DNA of 64,000 bases from Thermoplasmata archaeon (GTDB taxonomy: Archaea; Thermoplasmatota; Thermoplasmata; RBG-16-68-12), in NCBI GenBank assembly GCA_035632695.1, contig DASQGG010000027.1, positions 2,073-66,072 on the forward strand, given 5' to 3'. This document shows, piece after piece, positions 50,157-60,166 of this stretch. The position numbers were made by a program, and so were the translations under genes. Each line of letters opens with the position of its first letter. Positions within the stretch are counted from its first letter, which is position 1. The notes beneath the pieces were generated by a model that searched no databases, was not told the origin of the DNA, and saw only the letters and a program-made list of their open reading frames with translations.

Positions 50157-50894
50157 ATGGTCTCGCAGCTCGACTTCAGCGTCGCCCTCGTCCTGGGCCT
50201 CGCGCCCGCCCTGGGCGTCATGTACTGGTCCATTCGCCGGTTCGACATCCCCTTCACGGAGTACCGCCTCTTCGACGACCGGCGCATGTTTGGGGGGCTT
50301 GCCGCCGGTCTGATCTTCGGCGCAGTCGCCGGCTTCGTCGAGGAGCAACCCCTTGGGAATGTCCTCGGCGCGATTCTCGCCCTCGTGGCCTTCCTCGTGT
50401 TCGAGGAATCGTTCAAGATGGTCTGGCTCAACCGGAAGTCGTACCGGGGAAGGTTCGACACAACCTTCTACGGCGTGTCCGTCGGCGTCGGGACCGCGGC
50501 GATGCTCGTCGTGGCCGACGTCCTGACGTTCATGGGTCGAGGCGGCGCCCTGTACACGGTCGAGAACTTGGCCCTATACCTGCTTTTCTCCGCAAGCTTC
50601 AGTCTCATCCAGGCCGACACGGGGGTCCTGATCGGGTTCGGCGCGTCCCGGGGCGAGACGATTTGGCCCTTCCTCAAGGCCGTCCTCGTGCGTCTGGCTC
50701 ACGCGGCCATGCTCCTCGCTTTCTCGCTGGGCGCCGACGAGCCCTGGAGCCTGATCGCCGTGGTCACGTCGATCGTGTTCGCGGCCATCCTCTACCACTA
50801 CGTGTACACGGTCCTCCTGCCCGCCACGCTGCCGGAGGACGTCCGCCGGGAGATGAAGCGCGAGAAGCGCCGCGATCGACGGGCTAACGCCTGA
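50157..50894 (+). CDS. PrsW-like intramembrane protein
   Basis: Multi-TM with FEESFK (EExxK) and LAHAA. Confidence 0.6.
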   Translation: MVSQLDFSVALVLGLAPALGVMYWSIRRFDIPFTEYRLFDDRRMFGGLAAGLIFGAVAGFVEEQPLGNVLGAILALVAFLVFEESFKMVWLNRKSYRGRFDTTFYGVSVGVGTAAMLVVADVLTFMGRGGALYTVENLALYLLFSASFSLIQADTGVLIGFGASRGETIWPFLKAVLVRLAHAAMLLAFSLGADEPWSLIAVVTSIVFAAILYHYVYTVLLPATLPEDVRREMKREKRRDRRANA

Positions 50895-51360
50895 GGTCGA
50901 CCGCACGGTAGAAGCCCGGCTTGGGCTCGAAGACGACGTTCGCATCGAGCAGGACCGCGAGCGCGACCTCCGCATCGGGCAGCCCGAGGCCCTCGAGGAC
51001 ACGCGTCCAGTCGTCCCGCGTGAACAGCTCGAGTTCATTCGTCAGTTCGACCGCCGCCGCCCGGATCCGCGAGGACCGGTCTCCGCGGCTCGGGATGGCG
51101 GCGATCACCCGCGCGTGAACCTCCCTCGGACGCGGCTTCCTCGCCGAGGCCAGCGCCCTCTGGACCTCCTTGGCGCCTCCCGCGAGTTCCGCGTTGACTT
51201 GGCCCACGAGGGGGGCGAGCTCCCGTGCCGTGGCGGCCCGTCCCCGGATCCGCGCGGGGACCACCCGGATCTCGAAGCCGCACGCGCAGGCGGTCGTCTT
51301 CTGCTTCAGGTCCACGCCCTTCGCCCGGCGGCACCGCGGGCAGACGATCACGCCGTACAT
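50884..51360 (-). CDS. Zinc-ribbon hypothetical protein with C-terminal winged helix
   Basis: MYGVIVCPRC...CACG; VFEPKPGFY. Confidence 0.7.
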   Translation of the reverse strand: MYGVIVCPRCRRAKGVDLKQKTTACACGFEIRVVPARIRGRAATARELAPLVGQVNAELAGGAKEVQRALASARKPRPREVHARVIAAIPSRGDRSSRIRAAAVELTNELELFTRDDWTRVLEGLGLPDAEVALAVLLDANVVFEPKPGFYRAVDLRR

Positions 51361-51364
51361 GGGC

Positions 51365-51832
51365 TCAGGTCATGAAGACGACCGCGGCGAGGCACGCGCC
51401 GTAGTGGTCCATGGGCGTGCTGAGTTCCTCGATCCGGTATTCCAGGCGGCGGAACTTGATGCCCCGCATCTTGGCCATCTCGCCCATCTTCCACTCCAGG
51501 ACCTCCTGGAGCGACTTCTTGGTACCGTGCATGTGACCCTCCGCGACGTAGCCGCCGAGACCGTCGTCCCGGAAGCCGTAGGCGATGCCCGCGGAGATCG
51601 TCTCGCCCTCTCCGCCGCGTTGCTGCGCGAGGACGCAGAACGTGATCGCGCCCATCGGCAGGTCCCGCTGCCGTACCTGCCGGATGCCGATGGGGAGGAC
51701 GGAGGACACGGAGACGATGTTCTGCTCCGAGAGGCCGGCGTTCAGGAGGGCCTCGTCGAAGGCGTTCAGGTCGGAGACCTTGGAAACGGCCTTCCCCGAC
51801 GTGACGAAGAATTTCGTGGGCACGGGCAACAT
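51365..51832 (-). CDS. pdaD: Pyruvoyl-dependent arginine decarboxylase
   Basis: LNAFDEALLNAGL, NIVSVSSVLP autocleavage site, GYVAE. Confidence 0.9.
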   Translation of the reverse strand: MLPVPTKFFVTSGKAVSKVSDLNAFDEALLNAGLSEQNIVSVSSVLPIGIRQVRQRDLPMGAITFCVLAQQRGGEGETISAGIAYGFRDDGLGGYVAEGHMHGTKKSLQEVLEWKMGEMAKMRGIKFRRLEYRIEELSTPMDHYGACLAAVVFMT

Positions 51833-51950
51833 GGGGGTTCGCGGAAGTGGCCAACGTCGCGCTCGGCTTAAGCGTTTGCGGCGGCGGCCGGCGGCCCGAT
51901 TCCGGATCGCGTCGCCCGATTTTTATTCGGTTGAGTATATTTTTCAATGC

Positions 51951-52418
51951 TCACGAATTGGCTGGGGGAGCGTCCGTCTCATCCACGAGGGAGCGGACCA
52001 TGCTGTACGCATCCTCGCCCCAGGAGTAGTAGCCGTACAGCACGCCATCGGTCTTGTAGCCAAGTCCCCGGTAGAACTCGATGGCGCCGTAGTTCCGCGT
52101 GCTCACCTCGAGGCGCACTCGGGTGCACCCGCGCCTACGCGCTTCCGCCTCGGCGGCCTGCATCATCCGCGTGCCGAGGCCCTCCCTGCGGCGGTCGGGC
52201 ATCGTCGCGATCGAGAGGACGCGACAGAACTGTACCTCGAACAGGAGCATGATGGCCGCGATCACCGCTCCGTCGGCCGATTCCTCGACGAACGTCGCGG
52301 CGCGCTCGTTGCGGAGAATCCAGTCCACGTGGTCCTTGCGGAATCGGTGCTCCTTGAAGCAGGCGATCTCGATTCGGTAGATGGCCCCTAAATCGGTGGG
52401 CGTCGCGATGCGCAGCAA
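51951..52418 (-). CDS. RimI-like N-acetyltransferase
   Basis: RREGLG, LEVSTRNYGAIEFY, YYSWGEDA. Confidence 0.85.
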   Translation of the reverse strand: MLRIATPTDLGAIYRIEIACFKEHRFRKDHVDWILRNERAATFVEESADGAVIAAIMLLFEVQFCRVLSIATMPDRRREGLGTRMMQAAEAEARRRGCTRVRLEVSTRNYGAIEFYRGLGYKTDGVLYGYYSWGEDAYSMVRSLVDETDAPPANS

Positions 52419-52532
52419 GGACCCGAGCCACCGCGAGGATGGTTCATGTCTTTTTGCCTGCGCCCGTGTCTCGCCCCTCGGTTGCTCGGACCGCGAAAGA
52501 GTAATCTAGACCCACCGGAATGGCCGAGGGCT

Positions 52533-53822
52533 ATGGTTGGCGTCGCGGAGGTCCTCCACGGGAAGCACTCGGGTGCGTCCGTCGAGCTGAAAGGCTGGAT
52601 CTACCGAACGCGGACGATCGGCGGCAAGGCGTTCGTCGTCCTGCGGGACGCCACCGGGGTGGTCCAAGTCACCATCGCCAAGGATGCCGTCTCGCCCAAG
52701 GCGTTCGCGGCGGCCGAGAAGGCACTCATCGAATCTTCCGTAATCGTGCGAGGAACCGTGGTCGCGGACAAGCGCGCCCCCGGCGGCTGGGAGGTCCGAG
52801 CGACCGACTTCCAGGTCGTGCACTTCGCGGAGAAGTTCCCGATCCAGGAGGACCTGAGCGAGGAGTTTCTCCTCGACATCCGGCACCTCTGGGTCCGCTC
52901 CCAGAAGATGACGACGATCTTCCGGATCCGCGACAGCGTGTTCAAGGCGGTCCACGAGTACTTCCGCAGTCAAGGGTTCTGGGAGGTCTCGCCGCCCATG
53001 ATCACCCCCGCGGGGAGCGAAGGCGGCTCCACGCTCTTCGAGCTGGACTACTTCGGCAAGAAGGCGTACCTCACCCAGTCGTGGCAGCTCTACGCGGAGG
53101 CGCTCGTCCTGGCCATGGAGAAGATCTACTACGTCGGACCGTCCTTCCGCGCCGAGAAGTCCCGCACGACCCGCCATCTCACGGAGTACTGGCATGCGGA
53201 GATGGAGCAGGCCTGGGCGGGCATGGCCGAGGTCCTCACGCACGCGGAGGGCGTAATCTCCCACGTCTGCCAGGTCGTGGCCGAGGAACGCCCCGAGGAC
53301 GTGGTCGCCATGGGCCGCACGCCCGAATTCCTGAAGGCGGTGACGCCGCCCTTCGAGCACCTCACCTACGACGAGGCGCTGAAGATTCTCAAGTCCAAGG
53401 GCATCGAGATCGAGTGGGGCAAGGACCTCCGGACCCTCGAGGAGCGCGCGCTGACGGAGGGCAAATCGAAGCCCATCGTCGTGACGCACTATCCGCGCGT
53501 CTCCCAGGCCTTCTACAAGGCCCGGGACCCGCAGCACCCGGACCTCGTCCTGGGGTTCGATGTGATCGCGGGCGACGGCGTGGGCGAGGTCGTCGGCGGC
53601 AGCGAGAGGGAGACGGACCTCGAGGTCATCAAGAAGTCCTTGATCGAGCAGGGCGAGGACCCCAAGGCGTACGACTGGTACCTCGACTCCCGCCGCTACG
53701 GCAGCGTGCAGCACGCGGGCTTCGGCATGGGGATGGAGCGGCTGATCCAGTGGATCTGCAAGCTCGAGCACATCCGGGACGCCGTGCCGTTCCCGCGGAC
53801 GCCCGCCCGCGCGTCGCCGTGA
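52533..53822 (+). CDS. asnS: Asparaginyl-tRNA synthetase
   Basis: OB fold, YLTQSWQLY, FRAEKSRTTRHLTEYW, GEVVGGSERE, WYLDSRRYGSV. Confidence 0.92.
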   Translation: MVGVAEVLHGKHSGASVELKGWIYRTRTIGGKAFVVLRDATGVVQVTIAKDAVSPKAFAAAEKALIESSVIVRGTVVADKRAPGGWEVRATDFQVVHFAEKFPIQEDLSEEFLLDIRHLWVRSQKMTTIFRIRDSVFKAVHEYFRSQGFWEVSPPMITPAGSEGGSTLFELDYFGKKAYLTQSWQLYAEALVLAMEKIYYVGPSFRAEKSRTTRHLTEYWHAEMEQAWAGMAEVLTHAEGVISHVCQVVAEERPEDVVAMGRTPEFLKAVTPPFEHLTYDEALKILKSKGIEIEWGKDLRTLEERALTEGKSKPIVVTHYPRVSQAFYKARDPQHPDLVLGFDVIAGDGVGEVVGGSERETDLEVIKKSLIEQGEDPKAYDWYLDSRRYGSVQHAGFGMGMERLIQWICKLEHIRDAVPFPRTPARASP

Positions 53823-53862
53823 ACGGACACCCTTTTAGGCCCCGCGCACTTGGGTGCCCTCG

Positions 53863-54360
53863 ATGGGCGAGGCCTCGGATCCATTCCAGCCCCTCCTCGA
53901 CGACCACGAGGAGTTCCTCGAGAAGCTCACCGAGCTCGAAGCCGTCCTCGACGAGATGATGCGTACGCGGGAGGCAGGCGACGGGAACTTCGAGCTCCTC
54001 GACGAGTCGATTCGGTTCTTCGAAGACGAACTCCTGCCTCATTTCCGGAAGGAGGATGAGATCGTGCTGCCGCCCCTCGAAGCGGCGATCGGGCGGTTCG
54101 GCACGCTCGTGAACGTTGTCGCGTACGAGCACGAAGAGATTCGACGGGAGATCGCGAAGTTCAAGGAGGCCCGGTCCGAGTTGAACGTGCGCGCGGGACG
54201 GTGGCCCGCGATCCAGGAGCTGAACCGCCACGGCGTCTTCACGATTCAATTCCTCTGGGATCATTTCCGCAAGGAGAAGGTGAGCCTCTTCCCGACCGCG
54301 GCCCGATCGCTGCCCGCGGAGCAGCTCGCGGCGATCCGGGATCGACTCGCTCAGCGGTGA
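53863..54360 (+). CDS. Hemerythrin/HHE-domain protein
   Basis: DDHE, HFRKEDEIVLP, EHEEIR, HFRKEKVSLFP. Confidence 0.8.
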   Translation: MGEASDPFQPLLDDHEEFLEKLTELEAVLDEMMRTREAGDGNFELLDESIRFFEDELLPHFRKEDEIVLPPLEAAIGRFGTLVNVVAYEHEEIRREIAKFKEARSELNVRAGRWPAIQELNRHGVFTIQFLWDHFRKEKVSLFPTAARSLPAEQLAAIRDRLAQR

Positions 54361-54797
54361 CCCGCCGCCGTGCGGATCGCCTCGGCCAGCTTGTCGAGCT
54401 CCTCCCGCTTGGGCATGGAGCCGTACCGCGGCCCCATCCGCAGGCCGACGCCGTCACCCGCGAACCGGGGATACGCGTGGAGATGGACGTGGAAGATCTC
54501 TTGCCCCGCCACCTCCCCGTCCGCGAGGTGCAGGTTTACACCCTCGCACCTGACCCCGCTCCGATACAGGGCGAGGGCAAGTCCCCGGGCCATCTCGAAC
54601 ACGCGCCCGCCGTCTCCGGGGGCGAGATCCTGGAGGCGCGCCGCATGGCGCTTCGGGACCACGAGGAAGTGTCCGGGGTTGATGGGGCGGATGTCCAGGA
54701 ACGCGAGGGAGTGCTCGTCCTCGGCGAGAAGGCTCGCGGGCAACTCCCGCCGCACGATCTTGCAGAAGACGCAGGACGCCTCCTCTCCCGAGGGCAC
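54351..54797 (-). CDS. HIT family hydrolase
   Basis: CVFCKI, FLDIRP, GHFLVVPKRH, AGQEIFHVHLH. Confidence 0.9.
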   Translation of the reverse strand: MPSGEEASCVFCKIVRRELPASLLAEDEHSLAFLDIRPINPGHFLVVPKRHAARLQDLAPGDGGRVFEMARGLALALYRSGVRCEGVNLHLADGEVAGQEIFHVHLHAYPRFAGDGVGLRMGPRYGSMPKREELDKLAEAIRTAAGHR

Positions 54798-54856
54798 GGT
54801 TCGGGCGAAGTCCCGCCGCGGTTTGAACCTTGCGACGTCCCCCGCCCGAGCGCCGG

Positions 54857-56017
54857 TCACTTCCTCGAGGAGGGGCCGAGGATCCGCTCCGCGATCACGA
54901 GTTTCTGGATTTCGTTCGTGCCCTCGTACAGGCCCAGGATCCGCGCGTCGCGGAACAGGCGCTCCACGTCGAACTCCCCGCTGAATCCGTAGCCCCCGTG
55001 CACCTGTATCGCCCAGTCCGTCACGCGCTGGGCCATCTGCGCGCCGAAGAGCTTGGCCATGGAGACCTCCAACGTGTTGTCCTGGCCCAGGTCCCGCAGA
55101 TGGGCGGCGCGCCAGGTGAGGAGGCGCGCCGCGTCGATTTCCACGGCGGACTGCGCGATCATCTCTCGCACGAGCTGGAAATCCCCGATGGGCCGGCCGA
55201 AAGCCTTCCGCTGCTGCACGTACTTGGCCGCGGCCTCGAGCGCCGCCCGCGCCACGCCCACGGCTCCCGCGGCGATGCCGATGCGCCCGCTGTTCAGGGT
55301 CTTCATGGCCTGGTCCCAGCCGTCCCCCTCCTTCCCGATCAGGTTCTGCCGCGGGATTCGGCAGTCCTCGAACGCGAGGTCGGCCGTCGGGCTCGCGCGC
55401 AGGCCGAGCTTCGTCTTCGATTCCACGTGGGTGACCTTGAACCCGGGGGTGCCTTTGGGGACCAGGAACAGGCTGAGCCCTTCGTGCCGCTTGGAGCCCA
55501 GCTTGCGGGCGTACACCTGGACGTAGTCCGCGATGCTCCCGTTCGAGATGAAGCGCTTCTGACCGTTGAGGACGATGTCGTCGCCCTCCTCGCGGTACGT
55601 GGTCGAGAGGTTCGCCGCGTCGCTCCCCGCCTCGGGTTCCGTGAGCGCCCACGCACCGAGCTTCTCCCCCTTGGCCAGGGGCACGAGCCACTCCTGCTTC
55701 TGGTCCTCGTCCGCAAACCACATCAGGGAGGTCTCGGACAGGGAGGTCTGGACGCTGACCGTGGTCCGCACGGACGACGAGCCGCGGCTGATTTCCTCCA
55801 CGAGGAGCACGAAGGACACGTAGTCCATCCCCGCGCCGCCGTACTTCTCCGGCACGGGCGCACCGAGGAACCCGAGCTCCGCCATCTTGCCGTACCACGA
55901 GCGGGGGATCTCGCCCTTCTCCTCCCACTCGCGGTTGTGGGGGATGATCTCGCGGTCGACGAAGTCCTTCGCGGTCTGCTGCACGAGCTTCTGCTCGTCG
56001 GTGAGCCGGAAGTCCAT
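54857..56017 (-). CDS. Acyl-CoA dehydrogenase
   Basis: ALTEPEAGSD, NGQKRFISNG, GRIGIAAG, QVHGGYG, YEGTNEIQ. Confidence 0.95.
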   Translation of the reverse strand: MDFRLTDEQKLVQQTAKDFVDREIIPHNREWEEKGEIPRSWYGKMAELGFLGAPVPEKYGGAGMDYVSFVLLVEEISRGSSSVRTTVSVQTSLSETSLMWFADEDQKQEWLVPLAKGEKLGAWALTEPEAGSDAANLSTTYREEGDDIVLNGQKRFISNGSIADYVQVYARKLGSKRHEGLSLFLVPKGTPGFKVTHVESKTKLGLRASPTADLAFEDCRIPRQNLIGKEGDGWDQAMKTLNSGRIGIAAGAVGVARAALEAAAKYVQQRKAFGRPIGDFQLVREMIAQSAVEIDAARLLTWRAAHLRDLGQDNTLEVSMAKLFGAQMAQRVTDWAIQVHGGYGFSGEFDVERLFRDARILGLYEGTNEIQKLVIAERILGPSSRK

Positions 56018-56128
56018 GGTCCCTGCCTCCTCCCGCGGCCAAACGAGGGGGCGCCCTTAAAGGTTCGGCAGGTCCGCGAAGACCAACGCGTGGGGAAGGC
56101 GGGGAATCCGATTGGCGCTGCGCCCGGC

Positions 56129-56686
56129 TCACGCGCGGCGCGCGGCGGCCCGCCGGAACTGGACGGCGTACCCGATGCCGCCCAGCAGCGGTCCCAGGGA
56201 GCCCAGGATGAACAACGTCGAGATAATGGGCACCAGCGGGCCGAGGATCTGGTCGTGCACGCATTCGGAGATCGTGGAGGGCGCGACGCAGGTCAGCGTG
56301 GGATGGAACAGCTGAGCCCCGCCCACGTAGCCGCCGTACATCAGGAGGGCGATGCCCGCCCCGAGGACCACATTGCCCAGGAGCAGGTGGCCCCAGGCGA
56401 GGTACTGAAGCCCCTTGTCATAGGGCTGTCCCATGACGACCTCGAGGTAATGATAGAACAACGCGCTGAGCCCGGAGCCGATGACCGGGACAATCAGGTA
56501 GCCGAGGTACCCGACCGTGAACCAGGTGCCCGCGGAGCCCTGGGCCACGATGTTCTCGGGAGAAATGAAACCCGAGAAGGGGAAGTCGGCGTAGAGGAGG
56601 ATCTCCGTGAGCACGAACATGATGGTGCCCTGAATCAGTGCGGCGGCGATGAACCGCCGAGCCCACACACTTCCGGAGCCCTCCAT
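56129..56686 (-). CDS. Four-helix membrane protein
   Basis: Hydrophobic helices, LAWGHLLLGN. Confidence 0.7.
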   Translation of the reverse strand: MEGSGSVWARRFIAAALIQGTIMFVLTEILLYADFPFSGFISPENIVAQGSAGTWFTVGYLGYLIVPVIGSGLSALFYHYLEVVMGQPYDKGLQYLAWGHLLLGNVVLGAGIALLMYGGYVGGAQLFHPTLTCVAPSTISECVHDQILGPLVPIISTLFILGSLGPLLGGIGYAVQFRRAAARRA

Positions 56687-56753
56687 GCTAACCTCGGACG
56701 GCCAACGGTCCGAGACTCCAAAAACCTTGCCGTCGCGCGGTGGCGGTCGGACG

Positions 56754-56942
56754 TCAGAAGGACAGCGGTCCGCCCGTGTCCGTGGGTCGGATGATCCAGC
56801 GGTGTCCATGCTGAACGATCATGATGCTCCCGCACCCGGTGCATCGGTAGAAGATTGCATCCCCGTCGTGCCCGAGCTCTTCGATGCCCTCGTGACGACA
56901 GATGCGCGGGTCCGCCGGGATCTCAACGAGGAGCGACGACAC
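56754..56942 (-). CDS. Small zinc-ribbon-like protein
   Basis: CRH...YRCTGCG; fills the gap. Confidence 0.5.
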   Translation of the reverse strand: MSSLLVEIPADPRICRHEGIEELGHDGDAIFYRCTGCGSIMIVQHGHRWIIRPTDTGGPLSF

Positions 56943-57078
56943 GCTCTGCTCTCCACGCCCATTGTGTCGTCCCACGCCCTAAGCCCTTGGGTAAGTACGC
57001 TTGGGCTCCGTTCGCGTTCTCTATGCACTTCGTGTCGTCGGAAAGTCTTTATCGCGTCCGCCCGGATACCGCGGCCCC

Positions 57079-57561
57079 GTGGCGCTGCTCTCCGACGCGG
57101 GCATCCTCGCATTCCGCGCGAAGGGCGAGCTGTCCATCGAGCCGTTCGTGGAATCGAGCCTGACCCCGAATGGGTATGATGTGAGCATCGAGGAAGTCGC
57201 GGTCCCCTCCTCGGGGCAACGTGTCCGGACGGGCGTAGCCCATATCCCCGCCCTGACCCGGTTCGCGGTGAGCTCCCGGGAGACCGTGACCCTGGGCCGC
57301 CACGTGGCCGCCCAGATCTGGCTGCGGACCACGTGGGCTCGCCGCGGCGTCCTCGCCTCCTTCGGCATGATCGACGCAGGCTTCTCCGGCACCCTCACCT
57401 TCGGGGCGCTCAACGCATCGGACGCGACCCTCGACGTCCCCGTCGGGGAGCGGTTCGCCCAGATCGTCTTCCAGGCGCTCGAGTCTCCCGCCGCCGCGAC
57501 CTACGAGGAGCGGTCCGGGACCTACCAGGGGCAGCGCGGCGTGACCTGGGACCGACCGTGA
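57079..57561 (+). CDS. dcd: dCTP deaminase / dUTPase family
   Basis: LLSD, PNGYDV, RTTWARRG, IDAGFSGTLT, RFAQIVF, YQGQRG. Confidence 0.85.
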   Translation: MALLSDAGILAFRAKGELSIEPFVESSLTPNGYDVSIEEVAVPSSGQRVRTGVAHIPALTRFAVSSRETVTLGRHVAAQIWLRTTWARRGVLASFGMIDAGFSGTLTFGALNASDATLDVPVGERFAQIVFQALESPAAATYEERSGTYQGQRGVTWDRP

Positions 57562-58552
57562 CGTCGAACGCCACATGATGCTGGGTCGGAGCATAGGCAC
57601 GTACGGTGTGGATCGTGAGCGCAGCTACCTTCCTCCCGGATCGTTCCACGATCGTCCGGATGGCACGCGCGCGGTCCTCCTGATCCGCGTCCTCCAGGAT
57701 GGCGTAGACGTGGACGGTTCCGCGGGGAGCGAGGGCCCCCAGGGCGGTCGGGAGGAACTCCATGGCGGAATGGGGGAGATCCAAGATGATTCGGTCCGCC
57801 GGTGCGATCGCACGGAGGATGGCCTTGGCGTCTCCCTCGCGCACCTCGACCCGGTCCGCGCGGTTCGCGGCCACGTTCCGCCGGAGCAGCTCGACGGCCA
57901 CCGGATTGGCGTCCGAGGCGACGACCCTGCGAGGATCCCGTCGGCGAGCGATCAGGATGGCATACGGGCCGACGCCGGCGAACGGGTCCGCGACCACCTC
58001 GTGGGGCGCCACGAGCTCCGCGACGCGCCACCGCTCGCTCCCGAGCCGCGGGCTGAAGTAGGACCGCGCCACGTCCACGCGGTAGCGGAGGCCGTACTCG
58101 GTGTGGTCGGTTTCCGTCCGCGGTTCGCCCGCCACGATCTCGAGATCGCGGATGCGGAGTTTCCCCGTGACGCCCCGGTCCTGGGCGACCACGCGGAGCT
58201 TTCGATTCCAGGCCAGGATCGCCCGACCGATCTCCGCGCGGTGCGGAGCCAGGGGCTCCGGGATCTTGAGGACCGCGATGTCCCCGATCACGTCGAAGGA
58301 AGTCGGGAGCTGGTGCCGCAGCGCGTCGGGCACGCGCACGACGTCCTTGTAGCTCCGGATCGGCGTGAACGCTTCCTCGAACTCCCGCTCTTCCGCGGGC
58401 CAGCCCATGTCCACGCGCTGGGAGGTCGGGATCCGCAGGCGGCCCTCGGCCTCCTGCACCTTGAGGTGCTTCTGGAGCGCCGCACGATCCTTGAGTGCGC
58501 GGCGGACCTCCTCGCCTCGCTCCCGCGGCACGACCACGCACCAGGACCGCAC
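57410..58552 (-). CDS. Trm5/Taw2-family tRNA methyltransferase
   Basis: SFDVIGDIA, YFSPRL..ER, DPFAGVGPY, DANP; last about 45 aa are antisense to dcd. Confidence 0.85.
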   Translation of the reverse strand: MRSWCVVVPRERGEEVRRALKDRAALQKHLKVQEAEGRLRIPTSQRVDMGWPAEEREFEEAFTPIRSYKDVVRVPDALRHQLPTSFDVIGDIAVLKIPEPLAPHRAEIGRAILAWNRKLRVVAQDRGVTGKLRIRDLEIVAGEPRTETDHTEYGLRYRVDVARSYFSPRLGSERWRVAELVAPHEVVADPFAGVGPYAILIARRRDPRRVVASDANPVAVELLRRNVAANRADRVEVREGDAKAILRAIAPADRIILDLPHSAMEFLPTALGALAPRGTVHVYAILEDADQEDRARAIRTIVERSGRKVAALTIHTVRAYAPTQHHVAFDVTVGPRSRRAAPGRSRTAPRRSRRRETRAPGRRSGRTAPRRGRRGSRPMR

Positions 58553-58637
58553 GGCCGAGCCATGGTCGGAGCCTATGAAGAGCTTTCGGGCGAGGCGAGG
58601 CCAAGCTTCATGGATGCCCGGACGGTTCCGTCGCGGG

Positions 58638-59417
58638 ATGGGGGAACTCGTGTTCGTCGGGCTCGGTCTTCACGACGAGAAGGGGATCACCCTGCGCGGC
58701 CTGGAGGAGGCGCACGCCGCGGACCTGGTGTTCGCGGAGTTCTACACGTCTGCCCTCATGGGCGCCCGGCTCCCGTCCGTGGAAGCCCTCGTGGGAAGGC
58801 CCGTCCGGCGCCTGTCCCGGGAGCAGGTGGAACGCGGGACGGAGATCCTTGACGCGGCGAAGGTCCGCCGGGTGGCCTTCCTCGTCGCGGGGGACCCCAT
58901 GGCGGCGACGACCCACGTCGACCTCCGCCTCCGAGCCGCGGCGGCCGGCATCCCCACGCGGATTGTACACGGGGTTTCCATTCTCACGGCCGCGGCAGGC
59001 ACCCTGGGCCTCCAGGCGTACAAGTTCGGCCGGACGACGACCGTCCCGTTCCCCTCGCCCGGGTTCCACCCCACGAGCCCCCTGGACCCCAATCTGGAGA
59101 ACCGTCACGCGGGCCTGCACACCCTGGTCCTGCTCGACCTCCGCGAGGACGGGACGTTCCTGGACCCCAAGGAAGCCATCGGCTCCCTGTTGGCGATGGC
59201 GAAGGACGCGTCCGCCGCGGAATTCGGTCCCCGGACCCTCGTCTGCGTCCTGAGCCGCGTGGGTTCCCCTGACGTCCGTGTGGTCTCCGGCGCCGCGGCG
59301 GACCTGGTCAAGCGGGACCTGGGGCCGCCCCTCCACAGCCTCGTGGTCCCCGGCGCCCTGCACTTCCTCGAGAAGGACGCCCTCGTCGCGTTCGCCGGGG
59401 CGCCTCACGATCTCTGA
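58638..59417 (+). CDS. dph5: Diphthine synthase
   Basis: FVGLGL, AEFYTS, GDPMAATTH, YKFGRTTT, GLHTLVLLD. Confidence 0.95.
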   Translation: MGELVFVGLGLHDEKGITLRGLEEAHAADLVFAEFYTSALMGARLPSVEALVGRPVRRLSREQVERGTEILDAAKVRRVAFLVAGDPMAATTHVDLRLRAAAAGIPTRIVHGVSILTAAAGTLGLQAYKFGRTTTVPFPSPGFHPTSPLDPNLENRHAGLHTLVLLDLREDGTFLDPKEAIGSLLAMAKDASAAEFGPRTLVCVLSRVGSPDVRVVSGAAADLVKRDLGPPLHSLVVPGALHFLEKDALVAFAGAPHDL

Positions 59418-60166
59418 GCCGGCTTCCTCGCGAGCTCCGCCAGGTGCTCGACCCGCCAGAAACTGATCTCCAGGCTGTACGTGTGCTTGAACTCGTGCCC
59501 GCTCCACCGGTGGCGCAGCTCCCGCATGACCTGGCGGTGGATCTTCTCCGGCGTGCCCCACTGCGAGGAGAAGGACCGTTGCTCGAGCCCCTCGAGGATG
59601 AGGTCTGCGGGCACGACGTCCTCGAACGGTCCCACGGGCATGACCAGGTCGGGCGGCAGGATGTCCGGCAGGTTCCGCTCGTGGAGCCCGGGCGGAGACC
59701 ACGTGTAGCCCGCGTCCGCGGCGAGGCGGTCGTACTCCCGGTGCAGGTTCGTCGTGCGGCCCGAGCGCTCGAGGATGCTGAAGTAGCTGTCCCGGGTCAC
59801 GCGGACGATCTCCAGGAGGACCTCCCGCCAATCCGGGACCAGGTGGAGCACGTGGTTCGTGGTCGCGAGGTCGAACCCTCGTGCGGTGAAGGGCAGGCGG
59901 GCGCCGTCCGCGAGGACCACGTTCCGCAGGCCCTTGCCCAGGCCCAGCTCGACCATCTTGTGGGAGATGTCCACGCCGACCACGTCGATGCCGCTCTTCT
60001 GCAGCGGGACCGCGTAGCGGCCCGTTCCCACGCCGACCTCGAGGACATGCTTGCCCAGGAGCTGATCCACCAGGATCCCGAGGACGTGGGCCATGACCTT
60101 GGGAGACAGGGCCCGGGTCTCGTCGTAGGTCGCCGCGACGCGGTCGAAGGAGAGGCGCACGGGCAT
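59405..60166 (-). CDS. Class I SAM-dependent methyltransferase
   Basis: FDRVAATYDETR, LEVGVGTGR, GVDIS, ADGARLPF, HVLHLV. Confidence 0.88.
   Translation of the reverse strand: MPVRLSFDRVAATYDETRALSPKVMAHVLGILVDQLLGKHVLEVGVGTGRYAVPLQKSGIDVVGVDISHKMVELGLGKGLRNVVLADGARLPFTARGFDLATTNHVLHLVPDWREVLLEIVRVTRDSYFSILERSGRTTNLHREYDRLAADAGYTWSPPGLHERNLPDILPPDLVMPVGPFEDVVPADLILEGLEQRSFSSQWGTPEKIHRQVMRELRHRWSGHEFKHTYSLEISFWRVEHLAELARKPAQRS

Noticed and set aside
52533..53822. Aspartyl-tRNA synthetase call
   Set aside because: RHLTEYW, GGSERE and WYLDSRRYGSV motifs fit AsnRS better
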